A stretch of DNA of 29,193 bases from a virus. Taxonomy: Duplodnaviria > Caudoviricetes. Below the pieces are notes generated by a model, which was not told the DNA's origin, did not search any database, and saw nothing but the letters and a program-made list of their open reading frames with translations. Position numbers and translations under genes: made by a program. Shown in pieces: positions 8,201 through 15,747 of this stretch. The DNA is taken from positions 1-29,193 of the IMG/VR virus record IMGVR_UViG_3300025808_000016, one strand, 5' to 3'. Position 1 is the stretch's first letter. Every line of letters begins with the position of its first letter.

Positions 8201-9287
8201 CTTCGACCTTATCGATCCCATCAACGATGGTGACCTCTTCAGTCATATCAGCCAGTTTTTGTTTTAAGGCATTTAATTGGGCTTCGTATTGTTTAATCAT
8301 GCCATCGGCATAGGCTGCACCAGCGTATGGCTTCAGCTGATTTATTTGCTGGTTAAGCAGATCGATTTCGGTTTTTGTTGTGCGAATATGAGTGTTGTAA
8401 GTATTAATTTCGTCTTGAGCTGTTTTACCAAACACCTGTTGTTGCAGTTGCTCAGCTTCTTTGCGCAGGGTTTCAGTATTTGTAAAGGCACGATAAATTG
8501 AGTTAGATAACTTATCTAACACACCGATTGAAGTTGTTATAACTCCGTTCGAGCTTTCACCAATAGCATTAAAAGCTTTATCCCAATTATCTTGCAAGTT
8601 TGACAGTTGACCGCCAACCGTTTCCATCTGTCTGGCCATGCCGCCCGCAAAATTCACTTCGCCCAGATTGACTAGGTAATCTTCAATTTCAGATGCATTT
8701 TTAGCCACTTCAGTGGTGACACCACGAAATGTAAACTTGACGTTTTCGCCCTCTGATCGAGCCTTGATACCAAACTCTTTTAACCGCTCAAATTCACCTG
8801 TGGCAGCATCCGCAACCGCTTCTATCATTTGGTTAAGAGATTTACCCATAGATGATGCGGTATCACCGTATGAACGCATGGCGCGCTCTGAAGATTTAAG
8901 GCCAAGCGCCTCCATCTTGATGAATGAGTCGGTTACTTCTGATAGTTGAAAAGGGGTGGTCGATGCAAACTGTTTGATTTGAGCGAAGGCTTCGTCGGCT
9001 GCAACAGTTGACCCCGTTACCGTGACCAATGATGCTTTTAGACTGTCAAATTCTTTGGTGACAGCAAGTACGTCTGATGCAATGGCGGTTAAACCCCAAC
9101 CAGCAAATGCCAGTGCGCCATAATGACCAATTTTCTTGAGCGATGCGGACATTGCATCAGTTTTTGTTGTAGTATCAGTCGCTTGATTTTTGACACTCTT
9201 TAAGTCATTATTAACATCCTTGACGAACCCAGATACATTGCCGTCTGCATTGATCGTCAATTTCACTGAAAGGTTGTTATTATTCAT
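5205..9287 (-). CDS. tail tape measure protein
   Basis: 1360 aa, Ala-rich. N-terminal tape-measure domain (FASTTPFQL...GEFERLKEFGI) and C-terminal FAAGG...VGERGPE motif; follows the chaperone genes. Confidence 0.92.
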   Translation of the reverse strand: MNNNNLSVKLTINADGNVSGFVKDVNNDLKSVKNQATDTTTKTDAMSASLKKIGHYGALAFAGWGLTAIASDVLAVTKEFDSLKASLVTVTGSTVAADEAFAQIKQFASTTPFQLSEVTDSFIKMEALGLKSSERAMRSYGDTASSMGKSLNQMIEAVADAATGEFERLKEFGIKARSEGENVKFTFRGVTTEVAKNASEIEDYLVNLGEVNFAGGMARQMETVGGQLSNLQDNWDKAFNAIGESSNGVITTSIGVLDKLSNSIYRAFTNTETLRKEAEQLQQQVFGKTAQDEINTYNTHIRTTKTEIDLLNQQINQLKPYAGAAYADGMIKQYEAQLNALKQKLADMTEEVTIVDGIDKVEAEIAAAMKYSETMVAEIAKANTENEKAWNEASKQYHKEYRKELEADAKVQAALNKINKAYASDIEQLRFGMIKYKLTNADVTAAEAMRAAANKGYSRDQINAIGVETKALFELEKANKTALESEKAAAEARNVIYENLFRRLDDGFAQMWYDVADGSKTAFDFIQESFKRMLAEMAHAAITKPIIMSAMGTDSQSSGLNLLSQGLGYGLSMMAGAGSQQASMLAAQTAEFGTAGASMTAEAFGTTSGSLAAGTATVAPYLLGAIAIDQVTGGAISKPLFGGDWKRKNAEISLSGGLDYVSAEQAVTSKKSGGLFSSSKTKTNTTDISDSLGVTVNSLLRDIDTIANQIGYDLANDFSTNVKVSAGKDGDIRGAMADAVGKVTDEAIDSIGGLRPRLEDMRYQGESLTDTLKRLAAETQAEQQAAAKAADEKARIAEQNARIADQERQAREQNARIADQERQAREQIVRDAEKALVSQYMVFESQSSSLKSALLDMIDPQQALAYQREQELKAVDPLLKAQQKRLWALQDEAAAIDKAKAAQSSYQSALSGVLGNLGGAFKTIKQFTAALVLGASATGASYASDLSLAQGGDQNALSSITQSAQAYLDDALAKSTTALDYERVKASVITDLNALPEQVSAQQYIADEIKQAIALQTETLGFDYAASLKDNFDALIPIVGETITKDEFDSIYSGTASDAELKKVFEALAGADGVIDSIDLTTAAAADTALKTDAVGEKAKSQLSELETITANTAGTISAMGVLTEALGYNSKVQQQSVLQSAVNTAQQRLDTLPITAAEVSDFEAKKAAAEATDAEFLRDMYMDLAWQSHLDYRDYGLYSPQNAQSRASADQAKSLQIAAEAADEQWAQVSGLSSEVARYYDVAEQLAKAKEALNSMPAFAAGGIHTGGLRIVGERGPEIEYTGPSRIINNAQTQSLLDNSELIAEIRALRADINNLTSANNSANSTLIGLLRDIDDRFDDWVVDGLPNFQNTQSVEVIA
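6808..6897. repeat. perfect 42-bp tandem duplication inside the tape measure gene
   Basis: Unit tgctcgcgagcctgcctttcttggtcggcgatacgcgcgttt at 6808 and 6850, partial copy at 6892; encodes EQNARIADQERQAR twice. Confidence 0.95.
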
Positions 9288-9441
9288 GACTCATTACACA
9301 CCGTTTGTTTTGATTGTTACACTGGTTTTATTAACTGGTTTGACCATGACGCCACTGGCGCCGGTCGCAAAAATATTGTTTATAGCGCTTTTCTTGTACA
9401 GCAGCTTTTATTCTGTATTCAGGCTCTTTATTCGCCGTTAA
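9286..9441 (+). CDS. small 51-aa membrane protein antisense to the tail operon
   Basis: MTHYTPFVLIVTLVLLTGLTMTPLAPVAKILFIALFLYSSFYSVFRLFIRR, two hydrophobic segments; fills the gap between chaperone and tape measure genes. Confidence 0.5.
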   Translation: MTHYTPFVLIVTLVLLTGLTMTPLAPVAKILFIALFLYSSFYSVFRLFIRR

Positions 9442-9808
9442 GCAGTGATAAAGCCGCACGCTCAATAGTTTGTAGCTTGTCGAATAGGGTGTCATGATCT
9501 TCGTTCTTAAAGACTCGCCGCATAACTACTTCCGCTGCTTGATAATTCAAACCTGTCCTAACCGCACCAGCCATACCACTTATGTACTGCCACTGTGTTT
9601 GCAGCCTCAAAAACAAGTTGATTGCAGCCCAGTTTTCTTCTAGCACAAAATAGTCTTGTTGCTGTGCCACCTCGACTTGAGGTGCATCTTCAAACATCGA
9701 TGCGAGTTGATCATTAACATCGCCTGCATCGATTTGAGATTGCTTAGGGATTAAGTGTTTGACTGCTCCAACCAGGTTCGCTGCTTCTTCGCAAGATTCT
9801 CGTTTCCC
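9428..9808 (-). CDS. tail assembly chaperone, -1 frameshift segment (DUF1799-like)
   Basis: ENW.A..LF..LQTQW...GLNYQA...IERAAL motif; lies in the -1 frame of the upstream chaperone. Confidence 0.75.
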   Translation of the reverse strand, partial: GKRESCEEAANLVGAVKHLIPKQSQIDAGDVNDQLASMFEDAPQVEVAQQQDYFVLEENWAAINLFLRLQTQWQYISGMAGAVRTGLNYQAAEVVMRRVFKNEDHDTLFDKLQTIERAALSLLNGE

Positions 9809-10065
9809 AGCGCCCACGCGCTAGCAATCAAGCCACTCAGCTGAGCATCATCTTTTACCGCTTTAATCGTCTCTTCCGGGGTTAAGGTGCGGCCGGTATC
9901 ATCAGTTAATTCCAAACCACTAATGCTTGTAATTAAGTCAACTACCTTGGCATCTTCATCTTTTTTGAGTATGCGCATTTCTGCAAAAAAAGACTGCATC
10001 TCTTCGCCAACCGGAACAGGTACTTCGATTTTTTGAGTGCGATTTACGTTTAATTTAATAGCCAT
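9751..10065 (-). CDS. tail assembly chaperone
   Basis: 104 aa between tube and tape measure genes; SD AGGAG. Confidence 0.75.
   Translation of the reverse strand: MAIKLNVNRTQKIEVPVPVGEEMQSFFAEMRILKKDEDAKVVDLITSISGLELTDDTGRTLTPEETIKAVKDDAQLSGLIASAWALGNENLAKKQRTWLEQSNT
9802..9808 (-). other. putative -1 ribosomal slippery heptamer G GGA AAC
   Basis: X XXY YYZ pattern in the correct phase of 9751-10065; a -1 shift enters the ORF ending at 9428. Confidence 0.65.
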
Positions 10066-10096
10066 TTAAGACTCCTAAAATTTGAGTTAATTGGGT

Positions 10097-10123
10097 TATA
10101 AAGCCTGGTTAAATTGACCAGGC
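10097..10123 (-). terminator. terminator-like hairpin after the tail tube gene
   Basis: GCCTGGT/ACCAGGC stem followed by TTTAT on the minus strand. Confidence 0.45.
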
Positions 10124-10140
10124 CTGGTGGTTTTTAGTGG

Positions 10141-11073
10141 TTACGACTGGGTGATGGTTAAATCGGTGTTGGCCGTTAAAGGCTTAATGTCGGCGACAAC
10201 GTCGACATTGGCGATTTCGCCATCCCACGACACTTTGGCCGTTTTGACTTGTAAATTTGGCACATTAACAGTCAATGTGCTGCCAGCAGCTGTGCCGTGT
10301 ACTGCATTTAAAGCACCTTCAGTGTTGGCCGAGGCGTTTTGCAAAGCCGTAACTAGCTCGGCATCGGTGGTTCTAAAGCTGAGATTAACTGACCCTTGAC
10401 GGCCAACGATTTCAACCTCTTCTTTCTCCGTGTCTTCAACAAACTGAGTCTGCACACCCAAGTCGATTGACAACTTAGACATCCGCACCGCGCTGTTTAA
10501 AAACGTGACCGATGCGGTAGCTTTAGTTTGACCTTGAGGTGCTTTAAATGCAGAGTGATCCACACCAGCCAAAGCCGTTGTTTCCACCGTTGGGTCTTGA
10601 TAAAGACTCATCAGATCGAATTTGATAGACGGAATCGTCTGGGCATCGAGGTTAAGAGTGAATTTACCGCGTGCACCAGGCAAAACCTGTTGCAGCTTAG
10701 CAATGCGATACAAGATTGTTGCTGACTCAAAAGCGGTGCCGATTGGCGTGTATGTCACATCAGTTGCACCGATCACTTCACCCATGCCACAAGCGCGCAA
10801 CAATTTTCCCCAAGCAGGAGGGGTAGCAGCAGCGCCCGAACCCGCAAATTCAACACCAAATGATGCCGAGTTTTGGCGAGATACAGTGGTACCGCCCTGC
10901 GCACCCATATAGCCGACCACGTTATTTCGGCCAACAACATTGTTATCGAGCATATTCACAGTCATGTCTTGCGCCAAAATCGAGTCTGACCCAGTGCCAA
11001 TTACTGGCGTGCTGTAAACGGTTTCCATCGCTATCGCTAGTACCTGGTTTTGTTTTCTGAGTAATTCAGCCAT
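10141..11073 (-). CDS. tail tube (major tail) protein, non-contractile type
   Basis: 310 aa with VEFAGSG..ATPPAWGKLLRACG and GARGKF motifs; lies before the chaperones. Confidence 0.8.
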   Translation of the reverse strand: MAELLRKQNQVLAIAMETVYSTPVIGTGSDSILAQDMTVNMLDNNVVGRNNVVGYMGAQGGTTVSRQNSASFGVEFAGSGAAATPPAWGKLLRACGMGEVIGATDVTYTPIGTAFESATILYRIAKLQQVLPGARGKFTLNLDAQTIPSIKFDLMSLYQDPTVETTALAGVDHSAFKAPQGQTKATASVTFLNSAVRMSKLSIDLGVQTQFVEDTEKEEVEIVGRQGSVNLSFRTTDAELVTALQNASANTEGALNAVHGTAAGSTLTVNVPNLQVKTAKVSWDGEIANVDVVADIKPLTANTDLTITQS

Positions 11074-11210
11074 TACTTAACTCCTTTTGTCGGCGCGACT
11101 TTATCCTGCGCTGGTTTCTTAACTGGTTTACCGTTTTGAACGGTATAAGAGCCGCCTTCATGCACCTGTGTGGATGCTTTTTGAGACTCGTATTCGGTTG
11201 GTTTTTTCAT
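11073..11210 (-). CDS. 45-aa small phage protein (not in the ORF track)
   Basis: MKKPTEYESQKASTQVHEGGSYTVQNGKPVKKPAQDKVAPTKGVK; ATGA overlap upstream and TAATG overlap with the tube gene. Confidence 0.65.
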   Translation of the reverse strand: MKKPTEYESQKASTQVHEGGSYTVQNGKPVKKPAQDKVAPTKGVK

Positions 11211-11641
11211 AACAAATCCTCTTTAGTAATCATTCTTCGGGTGCGGAATCTCTCAACCCAAAATAAAGCGCCGTTGGCAAAAACCAATAATTCAGCGCCT
11301 CCTAACACAAATGGGTCAAAGCCGTCAGGTGTCCAACCGAAAAACTGTTGGCGCACTATTAGGCGTTTGGGTGTTAAAGTTTCTTTTGCTGCCGATCCAT
11401 GACGGTCATTTACTGATCTAACACCGATGACAACCCCGAAAACTTGATCTTCAAATTGCACCGGATCGCCGATATCTCTTACATTCTGATCAGGTAAGCT
11501 TGACAACTCGCCCACCCAAACCGCAGTTTGTCCGCGAATCGATTTAGCCGTCAATTCGGTTAAAGCAACTGAGTCTTCGACCGTTGCAAACTCGCCTGTA
11601 GCAGTAAGCTTGGCTTGCATTTGCTGCACGACATCCATCAA
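11207..11641 (-). CDS. tail terminator / gp37-like protein
   Basis: 144 aa after gp36, with a GWTP motif; call is largely positional. Confidence 0.65.
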   Translation of the reverse strand: MMDVVQQMQAKLTATGEFATVEDSVALTELTAKSIRGQTAVWVGELSSLPDQNVRDIGDPVQFEDQVFGVVIGVRSVNDRHGSAAKETLTPKRLIVRQQFFGWTPDGFDPFVLGGAELLVFANGALFWVERFRTRRMITKEDLL

Positions 11642-12060
11642 ATAAACCCGCCTGAGTTTTTACGACCCCAAACCGCTGAATCTGACTGCATTTTTACCGT
11701 TTGTGATGTGCTAGTGGCTTCTGCTCCATCGGTGTCAACACCGAGTTTCACCAAGCCCTTAGCAACGTCCTTCAAAAACCGCAAAGCATCTTGATAGGCT
11801 TTATCAGCAGCTTCGTTCAATTGACCATCATGCAAGTAATAGCGTGCAAGTGTGCAAGCAATACGGTTTAACACTTTGGGTACCGGATTAAGTGGCAGGG
11901 CATAACGCCCACCCAGATACGACTCAATTTCCGCCTCAGCATCGACAATCGCTTGCTCGATGACTGCGGCATCAATTGCTTGGCCACCTGGGTTCGATAA
12001 TCCGATTAACTCCCACTCATCAAAGCGGGTTTGCATATCGGCAACCGTGCAATAGGTCAT
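11638..12060 (-). CDS. Mu gp36/gpJ-like head-tail adaptor (DUF1320)
   Basis: MTYCT..D...DAEAEIESYLGGRYALPL...LARYYL...FLKDVAKG. Confidence 0.9.
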   Translation of the reverse strand: MTYCTVADMQTRFDEWELIGLSNPGGQAIDAAVIEQAIVDAEAEIESYLGGRYALPLNPVPKVLNRIACTLARYYLHDGQLNEAADKAYQDALRFLKDVAKGLVKLGVDTDGAEATSTSQTVKMQSDSAVWGRKNSGGFI

Positions 12061-12443
12061 TACTCAGCACCGCCTTGTTGCGCTTGATACAGCTCCCATG
12101 CAGAGTCTCGTTCTTTTGCAGAGACACTACCGCTATGCATATTTTCGAGTGCGGACGTTTGTGGTTTACCGCCGTTTGTCCACAATTCTTGTTTGTCGAC
12201 ATCAAGCTCGCTGATCAATTCAACTAAAGATGCAATCTTGTTAACATCACTTTGACTATCACCTTCATCATCCGATTGCTCTGATTCAACGACTACTAAA
12301 TTTGGTTCGGACTTGAGCGTTTTGATTTGGTCTGCTGTTAAAGCAGACGCTAGCACAATCGATTCCTTAGCTGTGAAGACCAGGCCTGCACGTCTAAAAC
12401 TGGGTGTTACTGATCGGATTTTTAATACCTTTTGAGTTGCCAT
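12060..12443 (-). CDS. Mu gp35-like (HI1506-related) protein
   Basis: FRRAGLVF...LKSEPNLVV N-terminal motif; follows the capsid gene. Confidence 0.8.
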   Translation of the reverse strand: MATQKVLKIRSVTPSFRRAGLVFTAKESIVLASALTADQIKTLKSEPNLVVVESEQSDDEGDSQSDVNKIASLVELISELDVDKQELWTNGGKPQTSALENMHSGSVSAKERDSAWELYQAQQGGAE

Positions 12444-12498
12444 AACAATTCCTTATTTTTTAGGATATCTAGGCCTGTTTGACCAGGCCTGGTTATTA

Positions 12499-13404
12499 TT
12501 AAGCTGCGCCAGTTGAGCCGTAAGCCATCTGCCAGAAGCCATAGCCAGCCGCCATTCGTGCTTCAGCACCAAACTTATACTGTTTATGCATGAACACGGA
12601 TTCACTGTTGATATCAGTCATCGCGACGGGTACCGGCTCTTTACGCACTTGTAAAATAAATGGCTTAATCGGCTTAGTGGTATCCAATAAGAACCATGCA
12701 GTTGTAGAGGTTAGACCCGGCATAACAACGACCTTAGCGGTTCCCTTGTAAAGATTGGTTTTACCATCTTCCAAGCGCTCTGCGGTCATCAAGGCGTTAG
12801 CCACATCTTCTAAAGCAGGGGGAACGACCAGGACATCTGGATTGATATTCAACGATCGACCCTCTTCATCCTTCATACTGCGCAAGGCAGTCCGGGCAGC
12901 GCCATAAGATGCTTGAGCGGCAGCCTGCGTTGCAATTGACAGAGCAGCGGTGCCTTTATTACTCACACTAGCCCCATTGACAGCATGATCTGTGTCAAAG
13001 AAATACTGACCGTCATAGCAAAGTTGGGTAAACCCACCAGCTACCAATTCAGTGATTAGCTCATCCGGCAATGCCTTGGCAGACATCCCAGCCATTTCGG
13101 CTTGTGGCCCATAGATCCCTAAAGTATCGTCTTCAACATCATTTCGATCCACTTCAACAGTCGCTTCAAAGTCATCATTGATGATCGTATATTGATGCGC
13201 TTCAAGCTGTTTGACGTTCTTCTCGCCAACCCATTTACGCATCCTCGGAAACTTGCTCAGCCAGACATAGCTGTTTTCCGATGTGGTTGATGTGACCTTC
13301 ATAGCCACTAATTGCCAAACAGTCGGTGCCGCTGCAAATGCTTTATTGAAGGATGCCGTTAGGTTTTTAAAAACCGTAGCGATTGTATTCTTGTTAACTA
13401 ACAT
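12499..13404 (-). CDS. major capsid protein, Mu gpT family
   Basis: PRMRKWVGEK, YDGQYFFDTDH, LVVPPALE, GYGFWQMAYGS. Confidence 0.95.
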   Translation of the reverse strand: MLVNKNTIATVFKNLTASFNKAFAAAPTVWQLVAMKVTSTTSENSYVWLSKFPRMRKWVGEKNVKQLEAHQYTIINDDFEATVEVDRNDVEDDTLGIYGPQAEMAGMSAKALPDELITELVAGGFTQLCYDGQYFFDTDHAVNGASVSNKGTAALSIATQAAAQASYGAARTALRSMKDEEGRSLNINPDVLVVPPALEDVANALMTAERLEDGKTNLYKGTAKVVVMPGLTSTTAWFLLDTTKPIKPFILQVRKEPVPVAMTDINSESVFMHKQYKFGAEARMAAGYGFWQMAYGSTGAA

Positions 13405-13430
13405 AGTGGTATCTCCTTATAAGTTAGTTG

Positions 13431-13826
13431 TTACTCAACCCAGACGCCGTCTGAATCGATTGCGACAATAGTACCCGCGGCAGAGCGCGTGCCGGTTCCG
13501 TCGGTTGCTGCCACAGTTTCGTCATCGACGATGTAGCAGGTTGCCCCGAGGTTCGCTTGAGTGATTGAGCCATCGTTAGCCCAGTCAAATGCGACACCAC
13601 GACGAACTTTAACGTGCTTAGCGCCGTTAGCCCCCGCTGAATTGTCGACGTACTCATCTGCGCGCCCAAAGTACTTCAGTCCTGTTGCAGTTGATCCGGG
13701 TGCGGCGTAACCTGATGCATTGATTACCACCAATGAGCCGGCAAAAATCTCGCTGCTGGCCGCAACGGCGACAGCGATTACGCTGGTGTTCATGTAAGAG
13801 GTGTTTCTGTCTTTAGCTAGTGCCAT
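13431..13826 (-). CDS. putative head decoration/cement protein
   Basis: 131 aa, Gly/Ala-rich, between protease and capsid genes; ends GVWVE. Confidence 0.6.
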   Translation of the reverse strand: MALAKDRNTSYMNTSVIAVAVAASSEIFAGSLVVINASGYAAPGSTATGLKYFGRADEYVDNSAGANGAKHVKVRRGVAFDWANDGSITQANLGATCYIVDDETVAATDGTGTRSAAGTIVAIDSDGVWVE

Positions 13827-13835
13827 GATTTCTCC

Positions 13836-14330
13836 TTATCCAGCGTATTTCGCTAGGTCATCTGGTGTATTACCGAACATAGCCATCACTGACTCGTCCA
13901 CTTTTGTTAGTGCTGCTTGTTGATCGCCTTTACCTGGATCAGCGTCCGCTTGAATACCCGTAAAGGCGGCGATTGGTGCTTGCCCCGAGATATATTTAGT
14001 CAGTGCAACAAAGTTTGATTTACCGAGACTGGTAGCCCATTCCTTTTGAGCAGGGATTAAAAGTCCGTTCTTTAAGGCTTCGTCGACGACGCCTTCAACG
14101 CGCCCTTCATTTGCTTGAGCGGTTAAGATTGCTGCTTGAGCCTGTAAATCCTTCATTACTTCAATCGGCACAAACTTCGCTGGATCAGGATCAGCTTCGA
14201 CCTGAACGGTTAAAGCAGCAATCTTTGCTTCTGACTTAGTCGCAGTTGATTGCAAAGCTGTCAAAGCTGCAACAGCTTCATCCTCGGTTGCATCTTTAGG
14301 CAACCCGAGCAGTTTTAAGAGCTTTTTCAT
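13836..14330 (-). CDS. nested in-frame scaffold protein (Mu gpZ-like)
   Basis: Internal TAAGGAG SD 6 nt before the ATG at 14330 (MKKLLKLLGL). Confidence 0.7.
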   Translation of the reverse strand: MKKLLKLLGLPKDATEDEAVAALTALQSTATKSEAKIAALTVQVEADPDPAKFVPIEVMKDLQAQAAILTAQANEGRVEGVVDEALKNGLLIPAQKEWATSLGKSNFVALTKYISGQAPIAAFTGIQADADPGKGDQQAALTKVDESVMAMFGNTPDDLAKYAG

Positions 14331-14900
14331 GGGTTTCTCCTTAATGGGTTTTGGTTGGTGGTTAGATAGTTGATCAAATTGTTTTTGGGTCAAGGTCGCA
14401 AGGCTCTGCATGCCGTCAAGTCCAGGCGAGTTGGTAATGGCAGCCATAGCGACATTGAGCAATCGACCCGTCTTGGGTTCATAAGCTGCCACAGGTGATA
14501 AGTAGCGGTATTCACCATTCAAAATGGCTTTTTTGGCCCGTGATGTCCATTTGACATCAACAGCCCAAAGACCAGAGCCGTCACGCCACTCCATCTTTTT
14601 AAACCAAGCCGCAGCAGGGGCAGGTTGGCCGTTACGCTCTTTGTTCAAGGTTTGGTGCTCATAGTCAATAACAATGTCATTTTTGAGTGCAGCGGCGTTT
14701 TTGATTAGGGTCGCGGCGATGTCCGCATCGATTAGCCAACCTTCCTTGGCATCATGTGGACGACCATCGACCGACCGGAAGCGACCAGCTGGTGTCAGTT
14801 GGATTTCAGTTGGTACCTGTTTAGGTGTAAGTGATCCGTCCTGGACAAGACCAAGACTTAAACAAGCAATTGCGATTTTGTTTGAGTTTTTTGTTTTCAT
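13836..14900 (-). CDS. Mu gpI-like prohead protease/scaffold
   Basis: IDYEHQTL, PAPAAAW, VKWT..A...I..GEYRYLSP. Confidence 0.93.
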   Translation of the reverse strand: MKTKNSNKIAIACLSLGLVQDGSLTPKQVPTEIQLTPAGRFRSVDGRPHDAKEGWLIDADIAATLIKNAAALKNDIVIDYEHQTLNKERNGQPAPAAAWFKKMEWRDGSGLWAVDVKWTSRAKKAILNGEYRYLSPVAAYEPKTGRLLNVAMAAITNSPGLDGMQSLATLTQKQFDQLSNHQPKPIKEKPMKKLLKLLGLPKDATEDEAVAALTALQSTATKSEAKIAALTVQVEADPDPAKFVPIEVMKDLQAQAAILTAQANEGRVEGVVDEALKNGLLIPAQKEWATSLGKSNFVALTKYISGQAPIAAFTGIQADADPGKGDQQAALTKVDESVMAMFGNTPDDLAKYAG

Positions 14901-14950
14901 GCCTCCAGTTTAGAGGCATGTTAGAAAGGTGTTATTTCAAGGGTTTGAGA
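14898..14950 (-). promoter_or_regulatory. putative Mor/C-activated late promoter (copy 1)
   Basis: TCAA-N4-TTGA dyad, TAAACT -10 and ATG-overlapping hairpin; ungapped twin at 22320-22372. Confidence 0.65.
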
Positions 14951-15152
14951 GGTTTTTACTACTGTTGAACATTCTCAATAATTGCATTTCCATTATGGTT
15001 TTCAATGATTTTTTATTACTGGAGCATGGGATAGCGTGTGTATAAATGCTTGATAGATTCGCTTAAAGTGCGTTTAAATTTTTTGTCACGCGTTTAAGTC
15101 TTTTTAAGATATGGCATTGCTTAGGTTTTTTGTTAAAGTCGCTCAGATCGCT

Positions 15153-15638
15153 TTATTTTGCGTTTAGCTGATTTTCGATAAATACGGACAGATTATCTAG
15201 GATTTCTTCATGATCTTGAGTAGATATTCCAATAAACGGACGGGCTGGGATATTTCCCCATGGTAGCGGGCCGTTACGGTTTGACCGACCAAAAGCACCT
15301 TGCTTAGCCCCGAACTGATGGACTGCTGCATACTTACGATCTGATCCGAACTCCAAACTGGTACCGCCGTGCACCAACTGATAAGCCAGCTCACGATGTA
15401 AATCACCGCTTTCCATTAACACCTTATCTCGATTCTTCTTTTTGCGAGCTAATGTGACTGGGGATAGTGGAGCAAAATGTCGACCATCAACATCAACACC
15501 ATTTTCAAGGCGCTCTCTGGTGTTATTGGTTAAGGTTTCACCAATACCTCTAAGCGCTGCCGCTAAATCAAAACTGCTTAACCTTGATAGAGTCTTGCGT
15601 ACCGCTTTGTCATCTACTTCTACTGTAATGCCTGTCAT
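15153..15638 (-). CDS. Mu gpG-like virion morphogenesis protein
   Basis: YAAVHQFG...IPARPFIG motif. Confidence 0.9.
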   Translation of the reverse strand: MTGITVEVDDKAVRKTLSRLSSFDLAAALRGIGETLTNNTRERLENGVDVDGRHFAPLSPVTLARKKKNRDKVLMESGDLHRELAYQLVHGGTSLEFGSDRKYAAVHQFGAKQGAFGRSNRNGPLPWGNIPARPFIGISTQDHEEILDNLSVFIENQLNAK

Positions 15639-15747
15639 TTGCTATTTATCCTTAAAACGGTTAATCTATACTTAGCTGGATATTTAACTTGCTGTGCATG
15701 GCTATAAGTTTCAGATCGAGTGTGGCGCAGATGCACATGCGCCACTC

